Below are positions 34,165-42,032 of a stretch of 46,615 bases of DNA, in pieces. A model generated the notes under the pieces. That model searched no databases. It had not been told where the DNA came from and worked only from the letters and a program-made list of their open reading frames with translations. Each line of letters starts with the position of its first letter. The first letter of the stretch is position 1. Made by a program: the position numbers and the translations under genes. The stretch is from a virus: the IMG/VR virus record IMGVR_UViG_3300029398_000003; one strand, written 5' to 3'.

Positions 34165-35659
34165 AATTATGACCACGGAAGAGCAGGAACTTTTTCAGCT
34201 TTCCAATGGCCGGTACATCATGGACAAAGACCTGTCCCGAAAGATGTTTTACATCAAAGAGGCCAAGCCGGAACGGAGCCACCAGATCAGCGGCACCGGC
34301 TATTCCTGGGACGAGTCTGGTATGGCAGAGCTGTTTTCCGAGTGCTACCAGAATGATACCCGCTTTTGCCCGGAAGCAAAGTGCTGGTACACCTATTCTA
34401 AGGGAGCATGGAGGAAGGATATTGGCTCCCTGTTGGTGGCTGAGAAAATCAAGGAATTTTGCCGCCTTATGGCTCTCTACTGCGGAGAGATTGACAACGA
34501 AGATCGCCGCAGGGAGTATATGAAGTTTATCGTAAAAATGGGCGACCGGCGTTTCCGTGACCGGCTCATGAAGGACGCTGCCAGCGTCATGCCGATTACG
34601 GCAGAAGAGTTTGACGCAAATCCCTTTCTCATTAACTGCCTGAACGGAACCTACGACATGGAGAAGATGGAGTTCCGTGAGCATGATTGGCGGGACTTCC
34701 TGACGATGCAGACCAATTTCGACTATACCTTGCAGGACTCCCGCTGTGAGCGGTGGGAGAGGTTTATTACAGAGGTCACTTGCAATGACCCGGACAAGGC
34801 TGAATATCTGCAAAAGGCCCTGGGCTATTCAATGCTCGGTATGGCGAATGAAGAGTGTATGTTCATCCTCCACGGCAAGACCACTCGCAACGGAAAATCT
34901 ACCATGCTGAGTGCCATTCATCATCTCCTGGGCGACTACGCTTCTGTGTCCCCCGTGTCCATTATCTGCAAGTCTGACCGGTCAAAGAACGCAGAGGCAG
35001 CGAACCCCATGCTGGCTTCCCTTAAAGGTAAGCGGTTTGTGACCATGGCGGAGAGCAACCAGTATGGCAAGCTGGACGAAGAAACTATCAAGCAACTCAC
35101 CGGTGGAGAAGAGATCAAGGCCCGGAACCTCTACGAAGCTACCACGACTTTCCTCCCCCAATTCACCCTCTGGCTGTCCTGTAACGACCTTCCCTCTGTC
35201 AATGACAAGAGCCTGTTTGCCTCTGACCGTGTGCGGGTGGTGGAGTTCAACCGTCACTTCACCGAAGACGAGCAGGACAAAAACCTCAAAAGTGAATTTC
35301 AGACCCAGGAGGCCATGCGTGGCATTTTCACTTGGCTCTTGGAGGGCTACTTCAAATATAAGCGGTTCGGCCTGAAAATGTCCCCGGCCATGCGTCAGGT
35401 AGTCAAGCAGTATGAAAAAGACAATGACTTGGTATTGCAGTTCTTAGAAGAAAGGTGTGAAAAGGCCGGAGGAGCCTACACCAGAGCTAAGACGCTCTAT
35501 GACGCTTACAAGATTTGGTGTAAGTCCAACGGCTATTTTGTGTGTAGCGCAAAGCGGTTTAATGCCGACATGGAAGCTCACCCGGAATGGCATGGAGGCA
35601 AGACCGTCTACTCTGGCTATCCCACCTACCGGGACATTCGTATGAAGGGAAGCGTGTAA
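34154..35659 (+). CDS. P4/D5-type primase-helicase C-terminal region (SF3 helicase)
   Basis: Walker A GKTTRNGKST, Walker B-like FVTMAE and the D5_N-like region upstream. Confidence 0.75.
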   Translation: MADEIMTTEEQELFQLSNGRYIMDKDLSRKMFYIKEAKPERSHQISGTGYSWDESGMAELFSECYQNDTRFCPEAKCWYTYSKGAWRKDIGSLLVAEKIKEFCRLMALYCGEIDNEDRRREYMKFIVKMGDRRFRDRLMKDAASVMPITAEEFDANPFLINCLNGTYDMEKMEFREHDWRDFLTMQTNFDYTLQDSRCERWERFITEVTCNDPDKAEYLQKALGYSMLGMANEECMFILHGKTTRNGKSTMLSAIHHLLGDYASVSPVSIICKSDRSKNAEAANPMLASLKGKRFVTMAESNQYGKLDEETIKQLTGGEEIKARNLYEATTTFLPQFTLWLSCNDLPSVNDKSLFASDRVRVVEFNRHFTEDEQDKNLKSEFQTQEAMRGIFTWLLEGYFKYKRFGLKMSPAMRQVVKQYEKDNDLVLQFLEERCEKAGGAYTRAKTLYDAYKIWCKSNGYFVCSAKRFNADMEAHPEWHGGKTVYSGYPTYRDIRMKGSV

Positions 35660-35660
35660 T

Positions 35661-36122
35661 ATGAGTCATTTCATTCCGGTTCCCTTGGAATTAAAAGAGG
35701 CAAATGCTTTTGTAGATCAATTTCATCGTCACCACAATTCAGTGTACCGTGATAAATTCCGAATTGGTGCTATGAGAAATGGAAAATTAGTTGGAGTTGT
35801 TCAGGTTGGAAGACCTGTGTCACGGAACTTGGATGATGGTAAAACCGTAGAGGTTACACGCTTATGCACAGATGGTACACACAATGCTTGTTCTTTTCTC
35901 TATGCGAAAGCCGCTAAAATCGCTCAGGAAATGGGGTATTCAAAGATTATTACCTACATTTTGCAATCAGAAAGTGGCATTTCACTCAAATCGGCAGGAT
36001 GGCATTGTGAAAATTCTTGTTGTGGAGGCGGGAGTTGGAATAGACCGGGAAGAAAACGCACCACTACGGCACCGACAGACAAAAAGCAAAGATGGTGTAA
36101 GATTTTGAAGGGGAGCGTATGA
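35661..36122 (+). CDS. GNAT-fold XF1762-family protein, related to the phage Mu Mom adenine-modification enzyme
   Basis: ANAFVDQFHRHH ... LVGVVQVGRPVSR ... VEVTRLCTDGTHNACSFLYAKA ... SLKSAGW matches the family as I recall it. Function is inferred. Confidence 0.45.
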   Translation: MSHFIPVPLELKEANAFVDQFHRHHNSVYRDKFRIGAMRNGKLVGVVQVGRPVSRNLDDGKTVEVTRLCTDGTHNACSFLYAKAAKIAQEMGYSKIITYILQSESGISLKSAGWHCENSCCGGGSWNRPGRKRTTTAPTDKKQRWCKILKGSV

Positions 36123-36123
36123 C

Positions 36124-36300
36124 ATGAACAAGAAAAATATGCGCCGTATGTCCATCTTGGTCACAGCACAGACCGCTAAAAATCTGGAACGACTGGCGGC
36201 TATGTCCGGCTACTTTGAGATTGGGAGAGTAGTAGATAAGTTGACCAGAGAGAAAATGATTTCTCTCCGGTGCGAGAAAGGAGATGGCCGTAATGAGTAA
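36124..36300 (+). CDS. Small ribbon-helix-helix-like protein (58 aa), absent from the ORF track
   Basis: My own translation: MNKKNMRRMSILVTAQTAKNLERLAAMSGYFEIGRVVDKLTREKMISLRCEKGDGRNE. Confidence 0.35.
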   Translation: MNKKNMRRMSILVTAQTAKNLERLAAMSGYFEIGRVVDKLTREKMISLRCEKGDGRNE

Positions 36301-36487
36301 CAATGACAAGTTCAAGGAGCTGTATAAGGCAATCGGAGTTCTGGCTGAAACCGGCATCCTCTTCTACCGAGCCACCATTCAGGCCGGTGCAACTCCCGGA
36401 GAAGCCATGATCTTGACCCAGGCTTTTATACGAGCTTCCATGCAGGGTGATGATACCTCTGCGAGTGAAAGTGAGGAAGAAGCATGA
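36284..36487 (+). CDS. Hypothetical small protein
   Basis: 67-aa ORF, overlap-coupled. Confidence 0.4.
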   Translation: MAVMSNNDKFKELYKAIGVLAETGILFYRATIQAGATPGEAMILTQAFIRASMQGDDTSASESEEEA

Positions 36488-36660
36488 CCGTGAAAGAACT
36501 GAAAGCAAAGTTAGCCAATATCCCCGAAGATGCTTCTGTGGAAATGGTCATTTGCAATACTGATAACCCGTTTGAAGACGGGTGCCGGGTAGACAAAATC
36601 GCCTATTTTGAGTGGCTTCAAAAGGATGGGGCGAAAACCGTAGTCTTGTTCCCAGCATGA
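36484..36660 (+). CDS. Hypothetical small protein (58 aa), absent from the ORF track
   Basis: My own translation: MTVKELKAKLANIPEDASVEMVICNTDNPFEDGCRVDKIAYFEWLQKDGAKTVVLFPA. ATGA coupling to the upstream ORF. Confidence 0.35.
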   Translation: MTVKELKAKLANIPEDASVEMVICNTDNPFEDGCRVDKIAYFEWLQKDGAKTVVLFPA

Positions 36661-36813
36661 GAGGAATATATTTAGTGGCCCACTGAATGTATTTACGACT
36701 TTTGACCTTTGGTGTGTTTTAGTGACTTTTTTGGTGAATAATCGGCCACTACCGGAAACCCTTGTGGCGCAAGGCTTTGAGGGCATTTTTGACCGCTATT
36801 TCTATATTTTTCT

Positions 36814-36886
36814 GTATAAACCCTCCATAGAGAGTGATATATAGAGAGATTTATAGCAAAAATCGAAAATGGGTCACTAAACTCAC
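36814..36886 (+). promoter_or_regulatory. Conserved leader element, copy B, upstream of terS. Homologous to 15605-15678.
   Basis: Same 29-bp core (36858-36886), with atagagag twice 14 nt apart upstream. Followed by TCACTAA ac TCACTAA ... TTAGTGA next to the terS RBS. Confidence 0.7.
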
Positions 36887-36917
36887 TAAAGGCTAACTGA
36901 AAATAATTAGTGAAGGA

Positions 36918-37499
36918 GTGCTGAATATGAGTGAAGAATTGACTCCGAAGAGAGGGCGTGGCCGTCCGAAGGGGACTGGTGGAAACAAGCGGCCTGATCG
37001 AACTACGGCAATGAGTGTGCAGACTGAACCGGGTGACAACCGTAAATATCTGCAACATACTATGCGAATGTGGAATTGGCCGGAAGTGGATATGAGGGAG
37101 CCTGAACAGGTTGCAGAGCGGATTGAACAGTATTTCGGTATTTGTATTGAGGATGATATGAAGCCGAGTGTTGCTGGCCTCGCTTGTGCTTTTGGAGTGG
37201 ATAGAACAACCCTCTGGAAGTGGCTTAACAATGTCGATAGTGCCTATATTCCCGCCCAAAGCCGCCACCTTATAAAAAAGGCGTATCAAAATTTGAACGC
37301 TCAAATGGAAAACTATATGCAGAACGGGAAGATCAATCCCGTGGCCGGTATCTTCCTGATGAAGAACAATATGGGCTATCAGGACAAGCAGGAAGTGGTT
37401 TTGACCCCGAACAACCAGCTTGGCGAGGTGACTCCCCCGGAAGAGCTTCAACAGAAGTATTTGGAAGCTACTGCCAGCGACTATAATACGGACGAGTGA
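36918..37499 (+). CDS. terS: Terminase small subunit
   Basis: Basic N-terminus (PKRGRGRPKG), an HTH-like PSVAGLACAFGVDRTTLWKWL, and GIFLMKNNMGYQD typical of Terminase_2-type small subunits. Confidence 0.7.
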   Translation: MLNMSEELTPKRGRGRPKGTGGNKRPDRTTAMSVQTEPGDNRKYLQHTMRMWNWPEVDMREPEQVAERIEQYFGICIEDDMKPSVAGLACAFGVDRTTLWKWLNNVDSAYIPAQSRHLIKKAYQNLNAQMENYMQNGKINPVAGIFLMKNNMGYQDKQEVVLTPNNQLGEVTPPEELQQKYLEATASDYNTDE

Positions 37500-37508
37500 C
37501 CTGGTTCA

Positions 37509-37580
37509 CGACTATGGCTCACAACTTTGCGACTATCCCGCTCGAAGGTCTGCGACTATCCAGGCCACCTCTGCGACTAT
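37509..37580 (+). repeat. Four direct CGACTAT repeats (consensus TYTGCGACTATCC) phased at 21, 23 and 21 bp, directly after the terS stop
   Basis: Copies at 37509, 37530, 37553 and 37574. Confidence 0.85.
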
Positions 37581-37585
37581 GTGGA

Positions 37586-37626
37586 AGCCGCCGACCTCTC
37601 TTCCTGGGAAATCGGCGGCTCTTTTG
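37586..37626 (+). terminator. Rho-independent terminator after terS
   Basis: agccgccga-N17-tcggcggct followed by cttttg. Confidence 0.65.
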
Positions 37627-37747
37627 CGTCCTGGCCTCTGGCTCCTGGCTGATCTGGTGCAGCCGGGGCTGGTTGTCTGGAAAAGTGTACTTTTCTTTAC
37701 TCTTTTATAATGTATAGAAAACACTGAAAATATTTTGTATTTTCCTA

Positions 37748-37776
37748 TTGACAACTGAATTTATTCAGTGTATATT
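37748..37776 (+). promoter_or_regulatory. Island promoter 1 (TTGACA-17-TATATT) with the perfect palindrome ACTGAAT-TT-ATTCAGT in the spacer
   Basis: ttgaca actgaatttattcagtg tatatt, with extended -35 context ctattgacaac. Confidence 0.7.
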
Positions 37777-37831
37777 AAAGGCACAAAAGATATTCAGTGC
37801 TTAACGGACATTTTAGAAAGGGGTTCACGAT

Positions 37832-38182
37832 ATGAAAATTTATGATTTACCAGTTATGCAAGGCCGGGAAAAATCCTTTTACGGGAAAGCCCGTATCATT
37901 GAAAAGGATAACGGGGAAAAGGTGCTGCAATCGTATAAAACGGAAGTTTGTAAAATTACTTCCGGCGGGTTGTTCGTCCGGTTGTGGGACGGGTACAGTG
38001 TAACCACCATGCGACATATCAATAGTTTTCTTTCCTTTTTCGGGATTGACGGCGGCGGGAAAGCCTGGTGGAACGGGTTACCGGTGGAGCGGCCCCATAG
38101 AATGGGTGAAAATCCGGTTTATATCTATGACGCAGCTGGAAAGATCATAGGTCACAAGATAGGAAACGGAAAGGCGGTGTAA
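37832..38182 (+). CDS. Hypothetical protein (island cassette 1)
   Basis: 116-aa ORF with RBS aaagggg. Confidence 0.55.
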   Translation: MKIYDLPVMQGREKSFYGKARIIEKDNGEKVLQSYKTEVCKITSGGLFVRLWDGYSVTTMRHINSFLSFFGIDGGGKAWWNGLPVERPHRMGENPVYIYDAAGKIIGHKIGNGKAV

Positions 38183-38184
38183 TT

Positions 38185-38370
38185 ATGGCGTATATTAGAA
38201 AAACCGTTGACCGGTGGGACATTGAAACGAATTGGGGTTACGGGTGGGAAATTGAAGATTGCGAATACACCAGGGCCGCAGCGGTGCAACGATTGAAAGA
38301 ATACCGGGAAAATTCTTGTGGACGGTTTGCGGTTCGACTGAAAAAGCATAGGGAAAGAAAGGCGGTTTAA
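38185..38370 (+). CDS. Hypothetical small protein (island cassette 1)
   Basis: 61-aa ORF, 2-nt spacing from its neighbours. Confidence 0.45.
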   Translation: MAYIRKTVDRWDIETNWGYGWEIEDCEYTRAAAVQRLKEYRENSCGRFAVRLKKHRERKAV

Positions 38371-38372
38371 TT

Positions 38373-38909
38373 ATGTTTATTGGATATTCTGAAAATCAAA
38401 AGTTATTCTTGCGGCCTTATGATTTTAACCGTTGCCGGATCATGCAAGCATTGGCCGAAGTGGTGGAAAACAACGGCGGAAAGGTGAAGCCGGGTAAAAG
38501 TGTTTTCGTGGTGGATAGGGCTTTAGAAAATGTGGAGCCGGTCAAAGTGTTTTACACAAGTTATATTACATTCATTTTTGACGGGATAGCTTATTATTTC
38601 CAAACAGAAGATAATCCCTTTTTCCCGGCCCGGTATATTAAAACGCCGGTTCGTAATGGGAAATATTCAAAAGACGCTTGTTTAGAGGAATTGGAAACGG
38701 TTTGGCTTTATGATTGCGTTTTCTCTTCTAATGTCCCGGAAAGCGATATTAAAGAGATTGCGAACATTCTTTTTAACGGCCTTGTAAAGTCCCCCAAAAC
38801 GGAAATTATACGGGATTGGAGCTATTGCGTTGTTCCAAATACCTATGACGGGGGAAGCCATAAAGAAAAAGTTTTGAAGCCAGAAAGAATGGCCGTTATT
38901 GATTGGTAA
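38373..38909 (+). CDS. Hypothetical protein (island cassette 1)
   Basis: 178-aa ORF. Confidence 0.55.
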   Translation: MFIGYSENQKLFLRPYDFNRCRIMQALAEVVENNGGKVKPGKSVFVVDRALENVEPVKVFYTSYITFIFDGIAYYFQTEDNPFFPARYIKTPVRNGKYSKDACLEELETVWLYDCVFSSNVPESDIKEIANILFNGLVKSPKTEIIRDWSYCVVPNTYDGGSHKEKVLKPERMAVIDW

Positions 38910-38922
38910 AGGGGTGTAAAAC

Positions 38923-39213
38923 ATGGATTATAACACTATCGCAGCCGATAACCTGAATAGCATTATGCGGGAAATTGCGGAATATACCAGAATGGCTGAA
39001 GAGATCACTATTGTATTGGACGGCCTAAAAGATACCTTGAAAAAGTACATGGACGAAAACGGGCTTGACCATATCGCCGGGGCCGAACATAAAGCAAGTT
39101 ATAAACCGGTCACAAGTTGCCGTCTTGATACTACCGCTTTGAAGAAGGATTTACCAGAAGTTGCGGCCCGATATACCAAAAGCACTACAAGCCGCCGTTT
39201 TCTTTTCGTGTAA
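38923..39213 (+). CDS. Hypothetical protein, coiled-coil N-terminus (island cassette 1)
   Basis: 96-aa ORF. Confidence 0.5.
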   Translation: MDYNTIAADNLNSIMREIAEYTRMAEEITIVLDGLKDTLKKYMDENGLDHIAGAEHKASYKPVTSCRLDTTALKKDLPEVAARYTKSTTSRRFLFV

Positions 39214-39226
39214 GGCGGTGGGCGAT

Positions 39227-39463
39227 ATGACAAAAACACAAGAACGCAAGTTAAAAACCGCCTTAAAGCGGTTAGAGAAATGCGGTGGAGATTGCCACCA
39301 TTGCGAAAATTGCCGGGTTTATACCCGGTCAACGGAACGGGTTTTATATATGGCGGTTGGTTGTGATCTACTACCGGTGGAAATGTTTTCTTGTATTGCA
39401 GATACTCCAAAAAGTTTACACGCAGCCGCTTTAGAAACAGTTCATTTTGAATTAGAGGTGTAA
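39227..39463 (+). CDS. Hypothetical Cys-rich small protein (CGGDCHHCENC)
   Basis: ATG 39227 within track ORF 39161-39463. Confidence 0.45.
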   Translation: MTKTQERKLKTALKRLEKCGGDCHHCENCRVYTRSTERVLYMAVGCDLLPVEMFSCIADTPKSLHAAALETVHFELEV

Positions 39464-39465
39464 TT

Positions 39466-40168
39466 ATGATCTACTGTAAACAGATACCGCCGGAATACCA
39501 GGAAAGCCGGTTGTTTGACGATGAAGGAATGGGGCCGGATTATATCAATGTAACCGGCAACCGGAATTATATCAGCCGTACAAGCTCACTTTTTGACCGG
39601 GTATATAATGCCCTGGAAAATGAAGAATTAGCCGAAGCCCTGGACGATATAAAGAACGGCGGTTATTATAGCAGCTTTTACAAGAACGCAACAGACGCTA
39701 TAAATGACCTTTTAGAGCCTGAAAAGGCCCGGTATAATACCCGTGATATTCACGCCCTGAAAGAGTTTGTAGAAGCCTATACGGAAGCCGGAAGCCGGGA
39801 AAAGAATGATATTTTGTGTAAGGTTCTTTCCATTGTTACGGGCCGGGGTTGGGATTGGCAAATTATCCGGGGTTGTTGTCAAAGTGATTGGAACGAGATT
39901 TTTTTACCCCGTGGACGATTGGAGCCGTGAAGCGTTGGCCGCTTTTGAAACAATGTATTTTAACACTGGTTCAGAGTGGATTATACATGATGAAGAGAAT
40001 ACCCCGGAAGGGCCGGAAGATATAAGCGGGTATAGCTGCTATATAGTAGCCGATACAGAAGAGGGCATTAGAAAAGAGCTTGCAGCCGTGGCCGGTTGTG
40101 CGCCGTCTGATCTGGTTATATGGGCATTTGATGAATTTATCAGAGTAGCACAATATAAGGCGGTGTAA
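39466..40168 (+). CDS. Hypothetical protein, reading frame broken at a T7 tract (39899-39905)
   Basis: ORFs 39466-39930 and 39806-40168 fuse to ...CCQSDWNEIFYPVDDWSREAL... if one T is removed. Confidence 0.5.
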
Positions 40169-40247
40169 ATGTGTATATAGTTTTGCTGATCTTGCTTTTA
40201 CCAGTTCAAATAATTCTTGAATTGATGAAGTTTAATAAATGAGTTTG

Positions 40248-40286
40248 CCGCCCTGGTTCATTCCGGGGCGGTTCTTTTATGCTTTT
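40248..40286 (+). terminator. Rho-independent terminator ending island cassette 1
   Basis: ccgccctgg ttcatt ccggggcgg followed by ttcttttatgcttttt. Confidence 0.6.
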
Positions 40287-40455
40287 TCAGGGTGCAGCCG
40301 GGGCCGGTTGCCTATACCGGGGCCGGGGGATATATCCACCGCCACCGGGCCGGGGTGAGTGGCGAAAATTCCCACAAAAATAAAAAGGCTTTATTCCTAA
40401 CAAACTTCATTCAGTTACAAATCTTATTCAGTAACAAAATATTTTCAACTCTCTA

Positions 40456-40484
40456 TTGACAACAAAATAAATTCAGTGTATAGT
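40456..40484 (+). promoter_or_regulatory. Island promoter 2 (TTGACA-17-TATAGT)
   Basis: ttgaca acaaaataaattcagtg tatagt. Same ctattgacaac and ttcagtgtata context as promoter 1. Two ttcagt(t/a)acaaa direct repeats lie upstream (40409-40438). Confidence 0.7.
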
Positions 40485-40504
40485 GTCATCAAGAGGTGAT
40501 TACC

Positions 40505-40795
40505 ATGTATATCAACAAGGCTATCCGAGATTTGATGAAAGCGAAAAATGTTTCTCTTCTGACCATGGCAAAGGCTCTTGGTAAAGAGCGTGGCAATGAA
40601 ATCAGCTCTCGGCTGAGAAGCACTAACCTGTCCTTCAACAGCGCAGTCGAAATGCTGTCCGCCCTGGGTTATGAGGTGGTCATTCAGGAGAGAAAGCCCG
40701 GAGTCCGCAGAGCTGACCAAATCCTGATTGACCAGAAGGAAGACCCGAAGTATGACCTGGACGCTCTATTGGGGTCAGGTGGTGATGGCAAGTGA
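40505..40795 (+). CDS. XRE-type HTH regulator (island cassette 2)
   Basis: MYINKAIRDLMKAKNVSLLTMAKALGKERGNEISSRL. RBS agaggtga. Confidence 0.55.
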   Translation: MYINKAIRDLMKAKNVSLLTMAKALGKERGNEISSRLRSTNLSFNSAVEMLSALGYEVVIQERKPGVRRADQILIDQKEDPKYDLDALLGSGGDGK

Positions 40796-41415
40796 AATAT
40801 GGCTATGGTCGGGTATCAGCCAAAGACCAAAACCTTGCTCGTCAGCTTGCCGCCTTGAAAGCCTATGCTCCTGATCTGGATGATGACCATATCTTCACCG
40901 ATAAACAAAGCGGAAAGAATTTCAACCGGGAGCATTACTTAAAGCTAAAATCAATCTTGGTTCCCGGTGATGAAATTTTGGTTGAGGAATTAGACCGGTT
41001 TGGACGGAATAAAGTGGAAATAAAAGCCGAGTTGGAGTGGTTCAAGGAGCATGGTGTTATTGTCAGGGTGTTTGATGTTCCTACTACACTGATGGACTTC
41101 CATGGACAGGATTGGATTGGCGAGATGGTCAATAATATTCTGATTGAAGTCATGGGAGCAATGGCGGAGCAAGAGCGGAAGAAGATACGGAAGCGTCAGG
41201 CCGAAGGGATAGCCGCTATGCCAGTGGTTGGAGGGAGAAAGGTATCTGCTAAAACAGGAAGAGGGTTTGGCCGTCCTGCTTATGAGATTGACCTTGATAA
41301 ATTTAAGGCCCTGGTGCAAAAGCAGAAAGAAGGGCTGGTTACGGTGAATGACGCTTGCCGTCAACTTGGTATCAGCAGACCTACATGGTATGAGAAAGTG
41401 CGAAAGGTGGTGTGA
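40792..41415 (+). CDS. Small serine recombinase (resolvase/invertase family)
   Basis: GYGRVSAKDQ catalytic-Ser motif, DRFGRN, and a C-terminal HTH (ACRQLGISRPTWYEKV). GTG start overlapping the upstream stop. Confidence 0.85.
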   Translation: MKYGYGRVSAKDQNLARQLAALKAYAPDLDDDHIFTDKQSGKNFNREHYLKLKSILVPGDEILVEELDRFGRNKVEIKAELEWFKEHGVIVRVFDVPTTLMDFHGQDWIGEMVNNILIEVMGAMAEQERKKIRKRQAEGIAAMPVVGGRKVSAKTGRGFGRPAYEIDLDKFKALVQKQKEGLVTVNDACRQLGISRPTWYEKVRKVV

Positions 41416-41419
41416 ACTT

Positions 41420-42010
41420 ATGGGACAGTACGACAATTACAGTAATGAGAAAAATATCGCCAAAGCACAAAAGAGGCTGGATAAACTATCGGTAAAATGC
41501 AACTCTGATTTGTACGAAGTGGAGTTGGCCCGAAAGGAATTGGAAACTGCAAGGCTGTTTGAACGGTGTCAAATCTTTGGGACAGAGGGTTGGAGAAAGA
41601 GTATTTATAATCCTAATGCTAATATCATGTTCAGTGATGATAACGAGGTTATGATGTTCTTTGATAAGTTAATCCCCTATCGAGATATAAGCTCCTACGC
41701 CATTATTGAAAACATCGTCAAGGAAGCACATACTAAGACCAAGAAGACCGGGGCAATAACAAGGGCTATTGTGGGTGGGGCGATTGCCGGAGGGGTTGGA
41801 GTCGTGACCGGGGCGATTACTGCGGGGTCAAAGTCCAGCACCATCGTACATGAAATACCGGACGGGTTCTTTCTGCAAATCTTTATGAAAGACGGTTCCG
41901 GGTATCAGTGTCCGGTTCCGAGCAACGGAACAATCTCCAATAAAGTTCCGAAGATGTGGCTCCACTTGGCGAGTAAATTACAGGCCATCGTGGAGAGGAA
42001 TAAAGAATAA
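41420..42010 (+). CDS. Membrane protein with a central glycine-zipper segment
   Basis: AIVGGAIAGGVGVVTGAITAG lies between a coiled-coil N-terminal region and a C-terminal globular region. Confidence 0.5.
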   Translation: MGQYDNYSNEKNIAKAQKRLDKLSVKCNSDLYEVELARKELETARLFERCQIFGTEGWRKSIYNPNANIMFSDDNEVMMFFDKLIPYRDISSYAIIENIVKEAHTKTKKTGAITRAIVGGAIAGGVGVVTGAITAGSKSSTIVHEIPDGFFLQIFMKDGSGYQCPVPSNGTISNKVPKMWLHLASKLQAIVERNKE

Positions 42011-42032
42011 ATAGGCTCACGCAAAGGCGGGA

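Noticed and set aside
15551-36911. The 38-bp inverted segments at 15551-15587 and 36874-36911 as crossover sites for inversion of the intervening 21 kb by the small serine recombinase
   Set aside because: The two halves of each segment are not dyad-symmetric as serine-recombinase core sites are. Inversion would also uncouple the holin gene and terS from their leaders. A regulatory role is more parsimonious. Inversion can only be excluded with read-pair evidence.
37509-37580. Possible CRISPR-like array (regularly spaced repeats)
   Set aside because: The repeat unit is only 7-13 bp, with four copies and spacers of about 10-14 bp. That is far too short for CRISPR and is consistent with protein-binding sites.
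37496-37754. ORFs 37496-37717 (+) and 37533-37754 (-) in the terS-island gap
   Set aside because: They span the CGACTAT repeat array and a terminator hairpin. The translations are implausible (Arg/Leu/Cys-rich) and there is no RBS, so the region is treated as regulatory DNA.
37832-40168. Apparent CCGG enrichment of island cassette 1 as evidence of foreign origin
   Set aside because: A spot check of structural and tape-measure regions shows CCGG is similarly frequent across the whole genome, so it does not distinguish the island. Compositional difference remains untested.
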